Assembly: GCA_016839805.1 (NCBI GenBank) | Contig: JAEOTO010000015.1 | Coordinates: 21,778 to 85,777, forward strand | DNA length: 64,000 nt | Direction: 5' to 3' | Source: Candidatus Hermodarchaeota archaeon | GTDB lineage: Archaea > Asgardarchaeota > Hermodarchaeia > Hermodarchaeales > Hermodarchaeaceae | Shown: piece after piece, positions 27,210 through 36,908 of the stretch | Layout of the letters: the number at the start of each line of letters is the position of its first letter | Position numbering within the stretch: position 1 is the first letter of the stretch | Program-made: the position numbers and the translations under genes | The notes under the pieces: model-generated | Seen by the model: the letters and a program-made list of their open reading frames with translations, nothing else | Told to the model about the DNA's origin: nothing | Database searches by the model: none

Positions 27210-28484
27210 TTATTCGTAGCGTAAGGCTTTGACTGGGTCGAGTTTGGCGGCTTTTCGTGCAGGATAAATTGCGAAGATGACGCTAATGAGAACTGCAAAA
27301 CAAATTGCGATAAAAATGGTTTCCAAGGGTAGAACGGGAACCAGCGTGAAGTTGCTGCTCCCACCAAATCCTCCAAATCCATTTCCGTCACCACCGACGA
27401 ATCCGCCTGTCATTCCTCCGCTGAAGAGTAATGGCAGTGCTAAACCCATTCCATAGGCAAGTACCCAACCGATGATAATGCCAAAGATTCCTCCTATAAT
27501 TCCAAGTAGAACAGCCTCAGAAAGAAATTGACTTAGGATGGTTCGGTCTTTTGCACCCAATGCTTTCATGATACCAATTTCTCGTGTCCGTTCCATGACT
27601 GACACTAACATGATATTCAGAATGGAAATTCCCGCCACGAGTAAGGCAATTGAAGCTATAGCCAACAGAAAGACCTCCATGATATCAAATACACCCATGA
27701 CTGTGTTAATGATGGCTGTTGGTACAATCACCAAAACTTGATCTTCAAACGCAGTGCTTATTTCTTCAGCGATGGCATCTGCTTGAGTTGGATCTGCGAT
27801 TCGAGCGAGAATCATATCGATGCTTTCAGAATTGAAGAGAGTCTGATAGGTATCTAAGGGAATAAAAACGGATCGATCAAAGGGTAACATCCCTGATGAT
27901 CCTACTTCTTCGAGGACGCCACTTACAATGAAGGAAACGTTCACATAGACAAAGGTAAAACCAACACGGACTAGAATCTCGGTTGTGACATTGTCACCAA
28001 CCGCAGCAATTGGGTCTTCAAGATAGCCAATTATGCATGAATCATTGGACCCTGAATCCGGGAACCCGCCGTCTGCAAATCGTAATCGGTGTCCATAGGT
28101 TGCTTCAAGGTCTGTGAAATTAAGACCCACAATTCGGGTATCAAGTGTTCCGTCAGTTTCGTTGTATACGGTGGTTCCAGATTGTGAAAAGCCTAAGGTT
28201 GCTTCAACGCCCGTGATGTTCTGAATGACTACAGTATCGTTCATGTGAAGAGTGGTTAATCCGCCTCCACCAAGAATACCGCCGCCTGGTAAGACAGTTA
28301 GGATATCCATGTCAAGGCCTTGGGTAAGTTGATCAGTTATCTGGGCTTCAAAGCCTCCACTTAGCGCTGAGATCGAAACTACGGCCATTATGCCAACTAC
28401 GATGCCTAGCGTGGTTAGTGCAGTGCGGGTTTTTCGACGCCGCATATTTGTCCATGATAGTCCTAGAATATTTCTGAATTTCAT
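27210..28484 (-). CDS. ABC transporter permease, MacB/FtsX-like
   Basis: N-terminal TM helix, large extracytoplasmic domain and C-terminal FtsX block (REIGIMKALGAKDRTILSQFLSEA). The end reads PARKAAKLDPVKALRYE. It overlaps the ATPase gene by 4 nt. Confidence 0.85.
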   Translation of the reverse strand: MKFRNILGLSWTNMRRRKTRTALTTLGIVVGIMAVVSISALSGGFEAQITDQLTQGLDMDILTVLPGGGILGGGGLTTLHMNDTVVIQNITGVEATLGFSQSGTTVYNETDGTLDTRIVGLNFTDLEATYGHRLRFADGGFPDSGSNDSCIIGYLEDPIAAVGDNVTTEILVRVGFTFVYVNVSFIVSGVLEEVGSSGMLPFDRSVFIPLDTYQTLFNSESIDMILARIADPTQADAIAEEISTAFEDQVLVIVPTAIINTVMGVFDIMEVFLLAIASIALLVAGISILNIMLVSVMERTREIGIMKALGAKDRTILSQFLSEAVLLGIIGGIFGIIIGWVLAYGMGLALPLLFSGGMTGGFVGGDGNGFGGFGGSSNFTLVPVLPLETIFIAICFAVLISVIFAIYPARKAAKLDPVKALRYE

Positions 28485-29269
28485 TGGACCAACTCCTCTC
28501 CTCCACCTTCTCGTTCACTTACAAATTCACCATCACGCATCTCAATGACGCGATCTGCTACGGTGGTGAGTCGGCGGTCATGACCGACTACGATGAATGT
28601 GAGCCCTTGGGTTTGATTGAGGTTACGAAGCAGCTGAATGATTTCAGCTCCTGTCTTGGTATCCAGATTGCCAGTGGGCTCATCTGCTAGAATAATTCGT
28701 GGATTGTTTGCCAGCGCTCGAGCAATAGCAACCCGTTGTTGTTCGCCACCACTTAGTTCGGAGGGTACATGGGTACGACGTTCACCGAGACCTACTCGCG
28801 TTAGTAATTCGCGTGCACGACCATGGGCGTTTTCTGCTGGGACATCTGCAAACTTCAATGGTAATTCGACGTTTCCTTGGGCTGTGAGTTGAGGCATTAG
28901 GTTGAAGAACTGGAAGACAAAACCTACGCGTCGTAATCGGACATCAGCTAACTGATTATGGTCTAAGGTGGATAGGTCTAATCCCTCGACATATGCCTTG
29001 CCTTCGGTTGGTTGGTCTAATGCACCTAATAGGTGAAGCAGGGTTGATTTTCCACTGCCTGAAACACCTAATATTACTAGAAATTCACCGCGGCGAACTT
29101 GAAGGTCTACACCGCGAACTGCATGAACCTCCACGCTACCCATTTGGTAAGTTTTTGATAGCTTTGAGGCTTCGATAATGAATTCTGATGTGCGGGATTG
29201 ATAATCAAATAGTGAAGTTAATGTATCTTCGCTTTGGATGGGTTGTTCTCCGGTCATAGAATCCACCAT
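28481..29269 (-). CDS. ABC transporter ATP-binding protein, MacB/LolD-like
   Basis: Walker [11 protein letters not shown]-loop, signature [15 protein letters not shown], Walker [14 protein letters not shown]-loop VVGHD. Confidence 0.92.
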   Translation of the reverse strand: MVDSMTGEQPIQSEDTLTSLFDYQSRTSEFIIEASKLSKTYQMGSVEVHAVRGVDLQVRRGEFLVILGVSGSGKSTLLHLLGALDQPTEGKAYVEGLDLSTLDHNQLADVRLRRVGFVFQFFNLMPQLTAQGNVELPLKFADVPAENAHGRARELLTRVGLGERRTHVPSELSGGEQQRVAIARALANNPRIILADEPTGNLDTKTGAEIIQLLRNLNQTQGLTFIVVGHDRRLTTVADRVIEMRDGEFVSEREGGGEELVQ

Positions 29270-29344
29270 ATTTATTTTTTGGGAGTTACTTCGCTTTTTT
29301 TATGACTCTAAAAGACATGAAATTAACAAACATATATAAGCTTT

Positions 29345-29354
29345 AGGAATTCCT
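29345..29354. promoter_or_regulatory. 10-nt palindrome AGGAATTCCT between a TATA-like box (ATATATAA, 29331-29338) and the PadR start codon
   Basis: Read directly. It sits in the 93-nt divergent region between the MacB-like ABC operon and the PadR gene. Short, so weak. Confidence 0.3.
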
Positions 29355-29362
29355 TATTTGTT

Positions 29363-29848
29363 ATGGCATTTCCCCCGTTCTACCAACGACCTAAAGGCGT
29401 ACTCCTGCGCATATCAATTCTTTGGATGCTCTATGAGGAACCCATGCATGGCTACCAACTCATGAAACGCATTGAGGAACAGACAGGCGGAGCCTGGGTA
29501 CCATCTCACTCACTTCTCTATAATACGCTTGGGGATCTTGAAAAGCAAGGTCTCATCACCAGTCAAAAGGATTACAAAGGCGAAGTGGAACGAACTATCT
29601 ACACTGTCACAGATAATGGAAAAGCCCATTTTGATGAAGAAGTAAGACAGATTGTTCGAATGTTTTCCCAAATGATGGGTGCCGCTGCTAAACAACCCTT
29701 TCCGCGCATGCCACGAATTTTTCTAGAACATTTGGATAATGAAGAACGTAAGACTCTTCTCATCCAAGTTCGGGATCGCTTGAAAGAGGCCCTTAGTGAA
29801 GTGGAAAAGGATCTTGCGGAACTAAGAGAAACGAATGAAATTACTTAG
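29363..29848 (+). CDS. PadR family transcriptional regulator
   Basis: MHGYQLMKRIEEQTGGAWVPSHSLLYNTLGDLEKQGLITS...RTIYTVTDNG is the PadR signature. Confidence 0.85.
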   Translation: MAFPPFYQRPKGVLLRISILWMLYEEPMHGYQLMKRIEEQTGGAWVPSHSLLYNTLGDLEKQGLITSQKDYKGEVERTIYTVTDNGKAHFDEEVRQIVRMFSQMMGAAAKQPFPRMPRIFLEHLDNEERKTLLIQVRDRLKEALSEVEKDLAELRETNEIT

Positions 29849-29891
29849 GATTTTAATAGCCCCACTTCCCCTTACAATTTGAGTGGTTTAA

Positions 29892-30551
29892 TTGACTGTT
29901 AAAATCAAATGGTTAGATCATGCCAGTTTCCAGATTCGATCCGAATCGAGCGTTATCTATGTTGATCTCGCAGAGGAAGCTGAACCCGCTGAAAATGCAG
30001 ACATTATCCTCGTTAGCCACATTCATGGAGATCATTGCGATCCTAAAATCATTAAGAAGGCTCGAAAAGAGGACACAGTTGTTATTGCTCCTGCTAATTG
30101 TTCATCGAAAATTGGTGGCGCGGTGACTTCATTGAAACCTGGAGAAAAAACAACTGTTAGTGACGTAACTGTCAAGGCCGTGGAAGCCTATAATTTCAAA
30201 CGGTTTCGTTCCCCAGGTAATCCGTTCCATCCCAAAGGATTAGGAGTAGGTTACATCATTACACTGGAGGGCAAAACTATCTACCATGCAGGAGACACGG
30301 ATTTCATCGAAGAAATGAAACAACTCGGTCCCATTGATGTTGCATTGTTACCTATAGGTGGTAAATACACAATGGAGGTTGAGGACGGTGCAGAAGCAGC
30401 GATTGCGATTAATCCGAAAGTGGTGATTCCTCATCATCACTGGGAGGGAAAATTCGGACAGACGCCTGACGCATTCAAAAAGAGGGTCGAAGCTACTTCT
30501 GATGTCAGTGTAGTCGTGCTTGCGCAGAATGGCGAATTTCAACTCTCCTAA
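29892..30551 (+). CDS. MBL-fold metallo-hydrolase (UPF0173-like)
   Basis: IKWLDHASFQI, ILVSHIHGDHCD, YHAGDT and LPIGG are typical of the small soluble MBL hydrolases. Confidence 0.85.
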   Translation: MTVKIKWLDHASFQIRSESSVIYVDLAEEAEPAENADIILVSHIHGDHCDPKIIKKARKEDTVVIAPANCSSKIGGAVTSLKPGEKTTVSDVTVKAVEAYNFKRFRSPGNPFHPKGLGVGYIITLEGKTIYHAGDTDFIEEMKQLGPIDVALLPIGGKYTMEVEDGAEAAIAINPKVVIPHHHWEGKFGQTPDAFKKRVEATSDVSVVVLAQNGEFQLS

Positions 30552-30615
30552 ATGTCAAGAATAATAATTCATCCATAAGAGATACTAGCTCAGTTATTGT
30601 GCGATGAGATAGATT

Positions 30616-31395
30616 ATGCCATTGAAAGTTCAACCACTATCGAAATCTACAAAAGAAGTTGAAGATTTCCTTCGCAAAGACCTTCCATTTAATGGTCTAC
30701 CTCTTTATGATTTGACAATAGCAAGGAATCAGTGCGAGTGGTTCACTGCGCATGACAAGAATCGCCTGGTTGGTTGTCTAATCGTTTTCAAAGGAGGACG
30801 GGGTATGTATAGTTTCTTCACCCGAGGAGACCTCAAAGCTGTTAAACTGCTAGTCTCCCTCCTCCCATATTCCTCGATTTTTGCCATCGTTCCACAAGAT
30901 CACCGGGTACTAGTCGAAGAACATTACCAATTCCTAACGATTGGAAAATTTCTCCTAATGGACCTTACTGAAAACCAGTATCGGAAGCCTGAAACCCATC
31001 CAACCGAACGGCTAACACTAAGAAATCTTGAGGAAGTCAATGATTTCTACCTTACAACGAATGCCGGTGCCTGGAATCCCACACAACTGGAAATAGGGTC
31101 ATTTCATGGCATTCGAGTGAGTGAAAAATTAGTGTCCATCTGTGGCACAATTGGTGTCTATCAAAAAAAGCCAGGGGTTTCTGTAATCGGTAATCTAGTT
31201 ACTAAGCCAAAATTCGAGGGACATGGCTTCGGTACAAGTGTCTTATGTGGTGTAATTGATGATCTCTTCAAGAACTATCAACACGTTACCCTCATGGTTG
31301 AATCCGATAATCATACCGCCCTTCGCATCTACGACCGTTTAGGATTTACACTTCATGCAACTCAAACTATTGGTGTATGCCAGCGACGAGTCTAG
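30616..31395 (+). CDS. GNAT family N-acetyltransferase (FR47-like C-terminal domain)
   Basis: The C-terminal GHGFGTSVLCGVIDDL...LMVESDNHTALRIYDRLGF is the acetyl-CoA-binding motif A/B region. Confidence 0.7.
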   Translation: MPLKVQPLSKSTKEVEDFLRKDLPFNGLPLYDLTIARNQCEWFTAHDKNRLVGCLIVFKGGRGMYSFFTRGDLKAVKLLVSLLPYSSIFAIVPQDHRVLVEEHYQFLTIGKFLLMDLTENQYRKPETHPTERLTLRNLEEVNDFYLTTNAGAWNPTQLEIGSFHGIRVSEKLVSICGTIGVYQKKPGVSVIGNLVTKPKFEGHGFGTSVLCGVIDDLFKNYQHVTLMVESDNHTALRIYDRLGFTLHATQTIGVCQRRV

Positions 31396-31649
31396 TCTTT
31401 GAGAGGAAACATTTTTAATTTAGAAAGTTGAACTCGGTCTTGAGGCGTATCCGGTGAGGATGAATCTTCAGGATAAATAGGCCTTTTCGCCATGTGGACA
31501 GTGAGATTGGCGAATCTTTTTCAAAATCATCTTTTGGATGGAAAATGAGATGGAAAGACTGGACAGATAATCGTGTCTGAATGCGATTGGGTTAGTCCAA
31601 TTTATATTAATTAAATACTAATTCTTTTAGAAAACCTTTTATACTAAAG

Positions 31650-32735
31650 GTGCCTACCTCGAACCAAAACATAGGAGGCGTAACCATGCCCCTTACCCAA
31701 GAGCCTATAGCAGAACTCACCAACGTTGTCAGAATCTATACAAAACCCCTCCGACGCCCGAGAAAAGGCACTCTTCGCCGCTTTGTCGGATTCCTTAAGC
31801 GCGAGAAGCAAAAGATCCGAGCCTTAGACGGTGTGAGCTTCAAAATTCATCCAGGTGAATGTGTAGCCCTGCTAGGGCCAAATGGGGCTGGGAAATCCAC
31901 CACCGTCAAACTACTCAGTGGCATCTTACACCCCACTTCGGGTCAAGTACGTCTCTTCAATTCAGACCCCTATCACAACAGAATCGACTGTGCCATGCAA
32001 TATGGAGTCGTATTCGGGCAACGTAGCCTCTTATGGACACATGTTCCGGTTCATGAAAGCCTGAAGTTATATCAGAAAATGTATAACATCCCGAAATCCA
32101 TCTTCGAAGAACGACTCAAAGAATTCACTGAAATCCTTGAAATCAAAGAACATCTTCCGACAGCTCCACGACGTCTTTCCTTAGGCGAACGAATGCGATG
32201 TGAAGTCATTGCAGCATTATTACATCAGCCCAAAGTGATCTTTCTTGATGAACCAACGGTTGGTCTAGATGTTGTAGCGAAAAAACGAATTCGGGATTTC
32301 ATTCGCCGCATGAACCGAGAAGAAAAAGTTACTGTTCTCCTTTGTAGTCACAGCATGCGCGACGTTGAAGAACTTAGTGATCGCATCATTCTAATCTCTA
32401 AAGGTCACATCAAATTTGACGGACCTAAACGCCGACTCAAACACCAATGGAGCAACGAACGCAAAATTCGAATCATCTATAAAAAACCAAACGTTGCTAA
32501 CTGGCAAAACCAACTCGAGGGGACTCCCGGGGTAATAAATATCCAAGCAGAAAATGGTCAAGTTAATCTTCGAATCAATCAAGATCAAGTCCATGTCAGT
32601 GATATCATGAAGAAGCTGATGGACATGCTGATAGTTGATGATATCGAAGTTACTGAACCAAATCTCGAAGACATAATTCGCGAAATATTTGGCGACGAAG
32701 AACGCACCCTCAATCAACTGGCGGAGGTAACTTGA
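31650..32735 (+). CDS. ABC transporter ATP-binding protein (COG4586-type uncharacterised ABC-2 system)
   Basis: GPNGAGKSTTVKLLSG, GVVFGQRSLLW, LSLGERMRCEVIAALLHQPKVIFLDEPTVGLDV, LCSHSM. The ATG at 31686 is an alternative start. Confidence 0.9.
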   Translation: MPTSNQNIGGVTMPLTQEPIAELTNVVRIYTKPLRRPRKGTLRRFVGFLKREKQKIRALDGVSFKIHPGECVALLGPNGAGKSTTVKLLSGILHPTSGQVRLFNSDPYHNRIDCAMQYGVVFGQRSLLWTHVPVHESLKLYQKMYNIPKSIFEERLKEFTEILEIKEHLPTAPRRLSLGERMRCEVIAALLHQPKVIFLDEPTVGLDVVAKKRIRDFIRRMNREEKVTVLLCSHSMRDVEELSDRIILISKGHIKFDGPKRRLKHQWSNERKIRIIYKKPNVANWQNQLEGTPGVINIQAENGQVNLRINQDQVHVSDIMKKLMDMLIVDDIEVTEPNLEDIIREIFGDEERTLNQLAEVT

Positions 32736-33566
32736 ATGCGAACCCAAGATATACTTCGTCAACTAAAACTACTCCCTAGCTATCTACGGCTTTCCCTTCT
32801 TCGTACTGCAGAAGACAAAATCCAGCTTTGGGGAGCTTTCGCCACCTCGATAATAAGCATCGTATTGTATGTGTTCTTCTGGAATGTTATCACATACCAA
32901 ATCCCAGTACTCACAGGTGTTGGATGGGTAGTATGGGGTCGAGCGGAACTAACCTTCCTGATTGGTGTAACAGAAATTGCATGGGGGTTTGGTTCATTTG
33001 CATATATGGGGCTCTGGGAAGTACACTGGTATATCACAGAGATTGGATTAGAAGAATTCCGGATTCGACCTGTAAGCTCTATCTACCAAATATTCGCTCA
33101 GAATTTTTGGGCAGGTGGACTGCTCCAAGTGGCTATAGGGGGAGCTATGCTTTTCCTCTCTACGATTACCTTCGGATTAGTAATAATTCCAATCAATTTG
33201 GTATTAGGGATTTTCGCCCTCCTTATTGGACAAGCAGCCTTGTACATCCTTTGGGGCTGTCTATGCTGTTTGGCCTTTTGGATAGGACGAAATCAGGGTT
33301 TACTCGAGGTCTCTGATGCCGTGGAAATGAATTTTGCCCGAATGCCAATAGACATCATGCCACTTGGTGTTCAGTATTTCCTCACTTTCATCTTACCAGT
33401 GATTTTCATCTCCACTATCCCAACTATGATTATGTTAGGTCAATTACCTCTAGGGTTAATATTGGTCTATTTTGTGATTGCAGGTGTTCTCGTTTTAGTA
33501 TGGAGCGTCGTATTCAGATCTCTCTGGGCAAAGGGGGTAAAACGGTACCAACCTGTTGGAGGCTGA
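32736..33566 (+). CDS. ABC-2 family permease (COG4587/COG3694-type)
   Basis: Six-helix membrane protein that starts immediately after the ATPase stop. This is the typical three-gene arrangement of this uncharacterised ABC system. Confidence 0.7.
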   Translation: MRTQDILRQLKLLPSYLRLSLLRTAEDKIQLWGAFATSIISIVLYVFFWNVITYQIPVLTGVGWVVWGRAELTFLIGVTEIAWGFGSFAYMGLWEVHWYITEIGLEEFRIRPVSSIYQIFAQNFWAGGLLQVAIGGAMLFLSTITFGLVIIPINLVLGIFALLIGQAALYILWGCLCCLAFWIGRNQGLLEVSDAVEMNFARMPIDIMPLGVQYFLTFILPVIFISTIPTMIMLGQLPLGLILVYFVIAGVLVLVWSVVFRSLWAKGVKRYQPVGG

Positions 33567-34395
33567 GAAAATGGCACAACGATCTCGACTTCGTAGTTAT
33601 TTGGCAGTATCTGAAATCTCATTTCGAAATATGCGCCAGTATACCATAGAATTTCTAACTACCTTTGCGTACTTCCCCGCCCAATTAATCGCCCTATTCT
33701 TTGTCTATTCTATCGTTTACTTTCAAGCCCTGATTCTCAATGGTGTCACTGTAATTGGTGGGTTTACATTCCCCCAACTGATTAGTTATCTCTTCATTGC
33801 TATTATCATGTATCACGTTATCCCAGTTTATCGATTGAGTGGTGAAGTGGAAAAGGACATCGTCCGAGGTCCACTCATCTCTTATCTGGCAAAACCCATT
33901 GACTATGCAGGATTCAAATTCTTCGGAGAACTCCCCCGCACTCTTCTCTACCTCTTCTTCGGCGCTATTACCTATAGTATCACATTGATCTTCATACCAC
34001 TCCCAATGCCATCCCTACTCAACATCCTCTTATTCATCCCCTTCTTCTATCTCGGTTATCTAATGGCCTTTCTACTCATATTTACGATGGCCTTGGCCGC
34101 CTTCTGGGTGAGTCACCAATGGTGGTTACGGCATCTGTTCAGCCTGTTAATGGCCATCATAGGCGGTGGACTAATTCCACTCAGCTTCTATCCACACACT
34201 ATTCAACTCGTTCTGAGTATCCTTCCCTTCCAATACCTCTACTTTGTTCCCGCAATAATCTTTCAAGGCTACTACCTCCCTGAACTTCTAATACCACTCG
34301 CTGTACTTGGGGTATTTTGGCTTGTCATCGTTTATGGCCTATCGCGTCTAGTCTGGTATCGAGGACGCCACCAATATGAGGGTGCAGGGGGTTAA
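33556..34395 (+). CDS. ABC-2 family permease (second subunit, COG3694/COG4587-type)
   Basis: Overlaps the preceding permease gene by 11 nt. Multi-pass membrane protein of similar size. Confidence 0.7.
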   Translation: MEAEKMAQRSRLRSYLAVSEISFRNMRQYTIEFLTTFAYFPAQLIALFFVYSIVYFQALILNGVTVIGGFTFPQLISYLFIAIIMYHVIPVYRLSGEVEKDIVRGPLISYLAKPIDYAGFKFFGELPRTLLYLFFGAITYSITLIFIPLPMPSLLNILLFIPFFYLGYLMAFLLIFTMALAAFWVSHQWWLRHLFSLLMAIIGGGLIPLSFYPHTIQLVLSILPFQYLYFVPAIIFQGYYLPELLIPLAVLGVFWLVIVYGLSRLVWYRGRHQYEGAGG

Positions 34396-34485
34396 AGACA
34401 AATTCAAAACCATATTGCAAATAATGATGAATTGATAATTTAGATATCTAAAGGCAAATGAATATGATTGAACTCATAGCGAAAG

Positions 34486-35286
34486 ATGGGATTAAATATA
34501 ACATCATACGACCACCATCGACTACAGATGCCATTTCACCTTATTGACGGAAAACAACTGTTTTATCAGATTCAGGGTCAAGGATTACCCTTAGTCCTAA
34601 TCCATAGTTCGATGCAAAGCCACCGACAGTGGCAATACCAACAGAGCATAGCGAAGCAGGAACGACTCATTTTATTAGATTTGCCTGGGCATGGTCAATC
34701 CGAGCAATTGGATGGTGACGTTTCAGTAAAGCGTTTAACAAGCATTGTTGCCCAACTCATTCAAAAATTAGATTTCGATAAAATCATTTTTCTGGGACAC
34801 TCCATCGGTGGAGCAATCGGACTTCAGTTTGCCCTTGATTATGCTGAACTTTTAGAGGGACTCATATTAGTTGGAACAGGAGCAAAAATGGGTGTGTTTC
34901 CAGCGATTTTGGAAGATATCCGAACGCATTATCATGAGGGCATTGAACTTACCATTGGTCAGCTCGGATTTGGATCAACTGCGGACCCCAAGCTCGTCGA
35001 ATTTGCAAAGCAAGAATGTTTTCACTGTAATCCTAAGGTGGCCTACGATGATTTTAATGCCTGTAACAACTTTGACGTTCGACAGCGACTCAACCAAATA
35101 CACATACCAACCCTAGTCATTGTAGGGGATGAAGACCAACTCACACCCTTGAAGTGGTCTCAATTCCTCGCGAACCAGATACCCAATGCTGACTTGGTGG
35201 TCATCGAAAGTGCAGGTCATATGGTGATGATGGAACAACCCGAGCAATTCAACAATGCTATCAAGTCATTTCTTCAGAAATTTTGA
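34486..35286 (+). CDS. Alpha/beta-fold hydrolase
   Basis: HSS oxyanion region (LVLIHSS), nucleophile elbow GHSIGG, late Asp (GDEDQL) and His (AGHMVMMEQP). Confidence 0.85.
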   Translation: MGLNITSYDHHRLQMPFHLIDGKQLFYQIQGQGLPLVLIHSSMQSHRQWQYQQSIAKQERLILLDLPGHGQSEQLDGDVSVKRLTSIVAQLIQKLDFDKIIFLGHSIGGAIGLQFALDYAELLEGLILVGTGAKMGVFPAILEDIRTHYHEGIELTIGQLGFGSTADPKLVEFAKQECFHCNPKVAYDDFNACNNFDVRQRLNQIHIPTLVIVGDEDQLTPLKWSQFLANQIPNADLVVIESAGHMVMMEQPEQFNNAIKSFLQKF

Positions 35287-35539
35287 GTATTTCATCGAAT
35301 ATTTCTGGATGCCGGTATAGGAGTCCTTATAGAGTTTCACTCCATATTGGGGCTGCTTCTCTTAGATGGGCGGAGATAACGAGAAGCTATTGGAAGTATG
35401 GTCGCATTGGCGGGATTGTCACATGCCACCCAGCTGTTGACGATTCTTCTAGTCTCCGCCCCCCGCCATTTTCTATAATCTGTAAATTTTTCTAAATCTT
35501 ATTGTAAATGGTTAACAAAATTCCATTGAAGGGATTAAT

Positions 35540-36364
35540 GTGCCTGAACTTCCTGATATCCTTCTGCTAGCAGAAAGCATGAACAAAGCATTAGTTGAAA
35601 AGATAATTTTCGATTCCAAGGTGAACCAGCCCAAAGTCTTGAACTATTCTAAATCCACATTTCAAAAGCGTGTTAAAGGACGTTGTTTTCAGGGGTTTCG
35701 TCAACGAGGGAAATGGGTGATTAGTTATTTAGATAATAAATGGATGATTGCATTCAATTTGGGGATGGGGGGTGAACTTCGACTTCATTGGTCCGTTGAG
35801 ACACCAGATCCAAAACGAGAAAGAATCATCTTCTTCTTCGAAAACGGTGATCAACTCTGGGTGCATTTTTGGTGGTTTGGACATGTTCACCTCATTAAAC
35901 CCGGAAATGAAGCAAAACACGCACAATTAGGTACACTTGGTATTGAACCACTTAGTGATGCATTTACATCAGAGGTTCTCGCTTCGATACTTCAAAACAA
36001 AAAGGGGCGCATCAAAAGTTACTTGCTGGACCAAAAGTTCATTGCAGGTATAGGTAATGTTTACGTCCAAGATATTCTCTGGTATGCTCGCCTTCACCCT
36101 AATCGTAAAGCCAATACACTCAATCTAGTTGATATTGAACGCCTCCATGAAGCTATCCAGCACGTTCTTCAGGAGGGCATTCGTTGGGGTCCTGGTCCCG
36201 GAGAGCAAGATGTATGGGGGCAACGAGGTCAGTGGGGAAAAAAACCAGGATGGCCACAAATAGCCTACAGGACAGGAAAATCCTGCCCTACATGTCAAAC
36301 AGTCGTGGAAGAGGTACGGATCGGGAGTACCACGAGTTATATCTGTCCGCATTGTCAAAGCTAG
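35540..36364 (+). CDS. fpg: Formamidopyrimidine-DNA glycosylase / endonuclease VIII family (Fpg/Nei)
   Basis: GTG start giving the (M)PELPD catalytic N-terminus. H2TH region (IKSYLLDQKFIAGIGNVYVQDILW). C-terminal zinc finger CPTCQ...CPHCQ. Confidence 0.9.
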   Translation: MPELPDILLLAESMNKALVEKIIFDSKVNQPKVLNYSKSTFQKRVKGRCFQGFRQRGKWVISYLDNKWMIAFNLGMGGELRLHWSVETPDPKRERIIFFFENGDQLWVHFWWFGHVHLIKPGNEAKHAQLGTLGIEPLSDAFTSEVLASILQNKKGRIKSYLLDQKFIAGIGNVYVQDILWYARLHPNRKANTLNLVDIERLHEAIQHVLQEGIRWGPGPGEQDVWGQRGQWGKKPGWPQIAYRTGKSCPTCQTVVEEVRIGSTTSYICPHCQS

Positions 36365-36387
36365 ACTCACATGCAGGTTTGATTTAT

Positions 36388-36840
36388 ATGACGAAAAAAG
36401 CAATTCAAGACCAGTGGTCTGAACTTGACTCGATGTGTTGGGGTTGTGGAAGAAACAATAAAAATGGGTTGCAATTAAAGAGCTACTGGGAGGGGGATGA
36501 AACTGTTGCCACGTGGCATCCCCAACCATATCATTTAGCCTTTCCAGGAACCCTCTGTGGGGGAATTATCGCCAGCTTAATTGATTGCCACAGTACAAAC
36601 ACCGCTAACGCTGCAGCAAATAAAGAGGCAGAGAAAGAGTCTGGGTCAGATCCACCAAAGGGTTATGTTACAGGTTCATTGTTTGTGAAATACCTCAAAC
36701 CAACTTCTGTGGACAAACCAGTCATATTACGTGCCAAAGTCAAGGAACGTAAAGGACGAAAGATTACAGTGACATGTTCGCTTTACTCAGAAGGTATTGA
36801 AACGGCACAGGGTGAAGTAGTTGCCATACAATTTTTTTAG
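36388..36840 (+). CDS. PaaI-family (hotdog fold) thioesterase
   Basis: I start at the ATG at 36388 (MTKKAIQ...), because the longer track ORF (36184) overlaps fpg. The blocks CWGCGRNNKNGLQLK, HLAFPGTLCGGIIASLIDC and GSLFVKYLKP are typical. Confidence 0.7.
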   Translation: MTKKAIQDQWSELDSMCWGCGRNNKNGLQLKSYWEGDETVATWHPQPYHLAFPGTLCGGIIASLIDCHSTNTANAAANKEAEKESGSDPPKGYVTGSLFVKYLKPTSVDKPVILRAKVKERKGRKITVTCSLYSEGIETAQGEVVAIQFF

Positions 36841-36908
36841 CTAGAATTTATGAATGAGCAAGGAATAATGAGGAACACAATTGGCAGAATCAGGCTGGTG
36901 ATGAGCTT

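Noticed and set aside
35283-35495. 70-aa ORF in the alpha/beta-hydrolase to fpg intergenic region as a protein-coding gene.
   Set aside because: It overlaps the hydrolase stop codon and has no recognisable domain or ribosome-binding context, and its composition is unusual. It is treated only as a possible RNA or relic (see findings).
36184-36387. N-terminal 68-codon extension of the thioesterase ORF, overlapping the 3' end of fpg.
   Set aside because: The extension is translated from fpg coding sequence in another frame and looks random (RRARCMGATRSVGKK...). The conserved hotdog-domain protein starts cleanly at the ATG at 36388.
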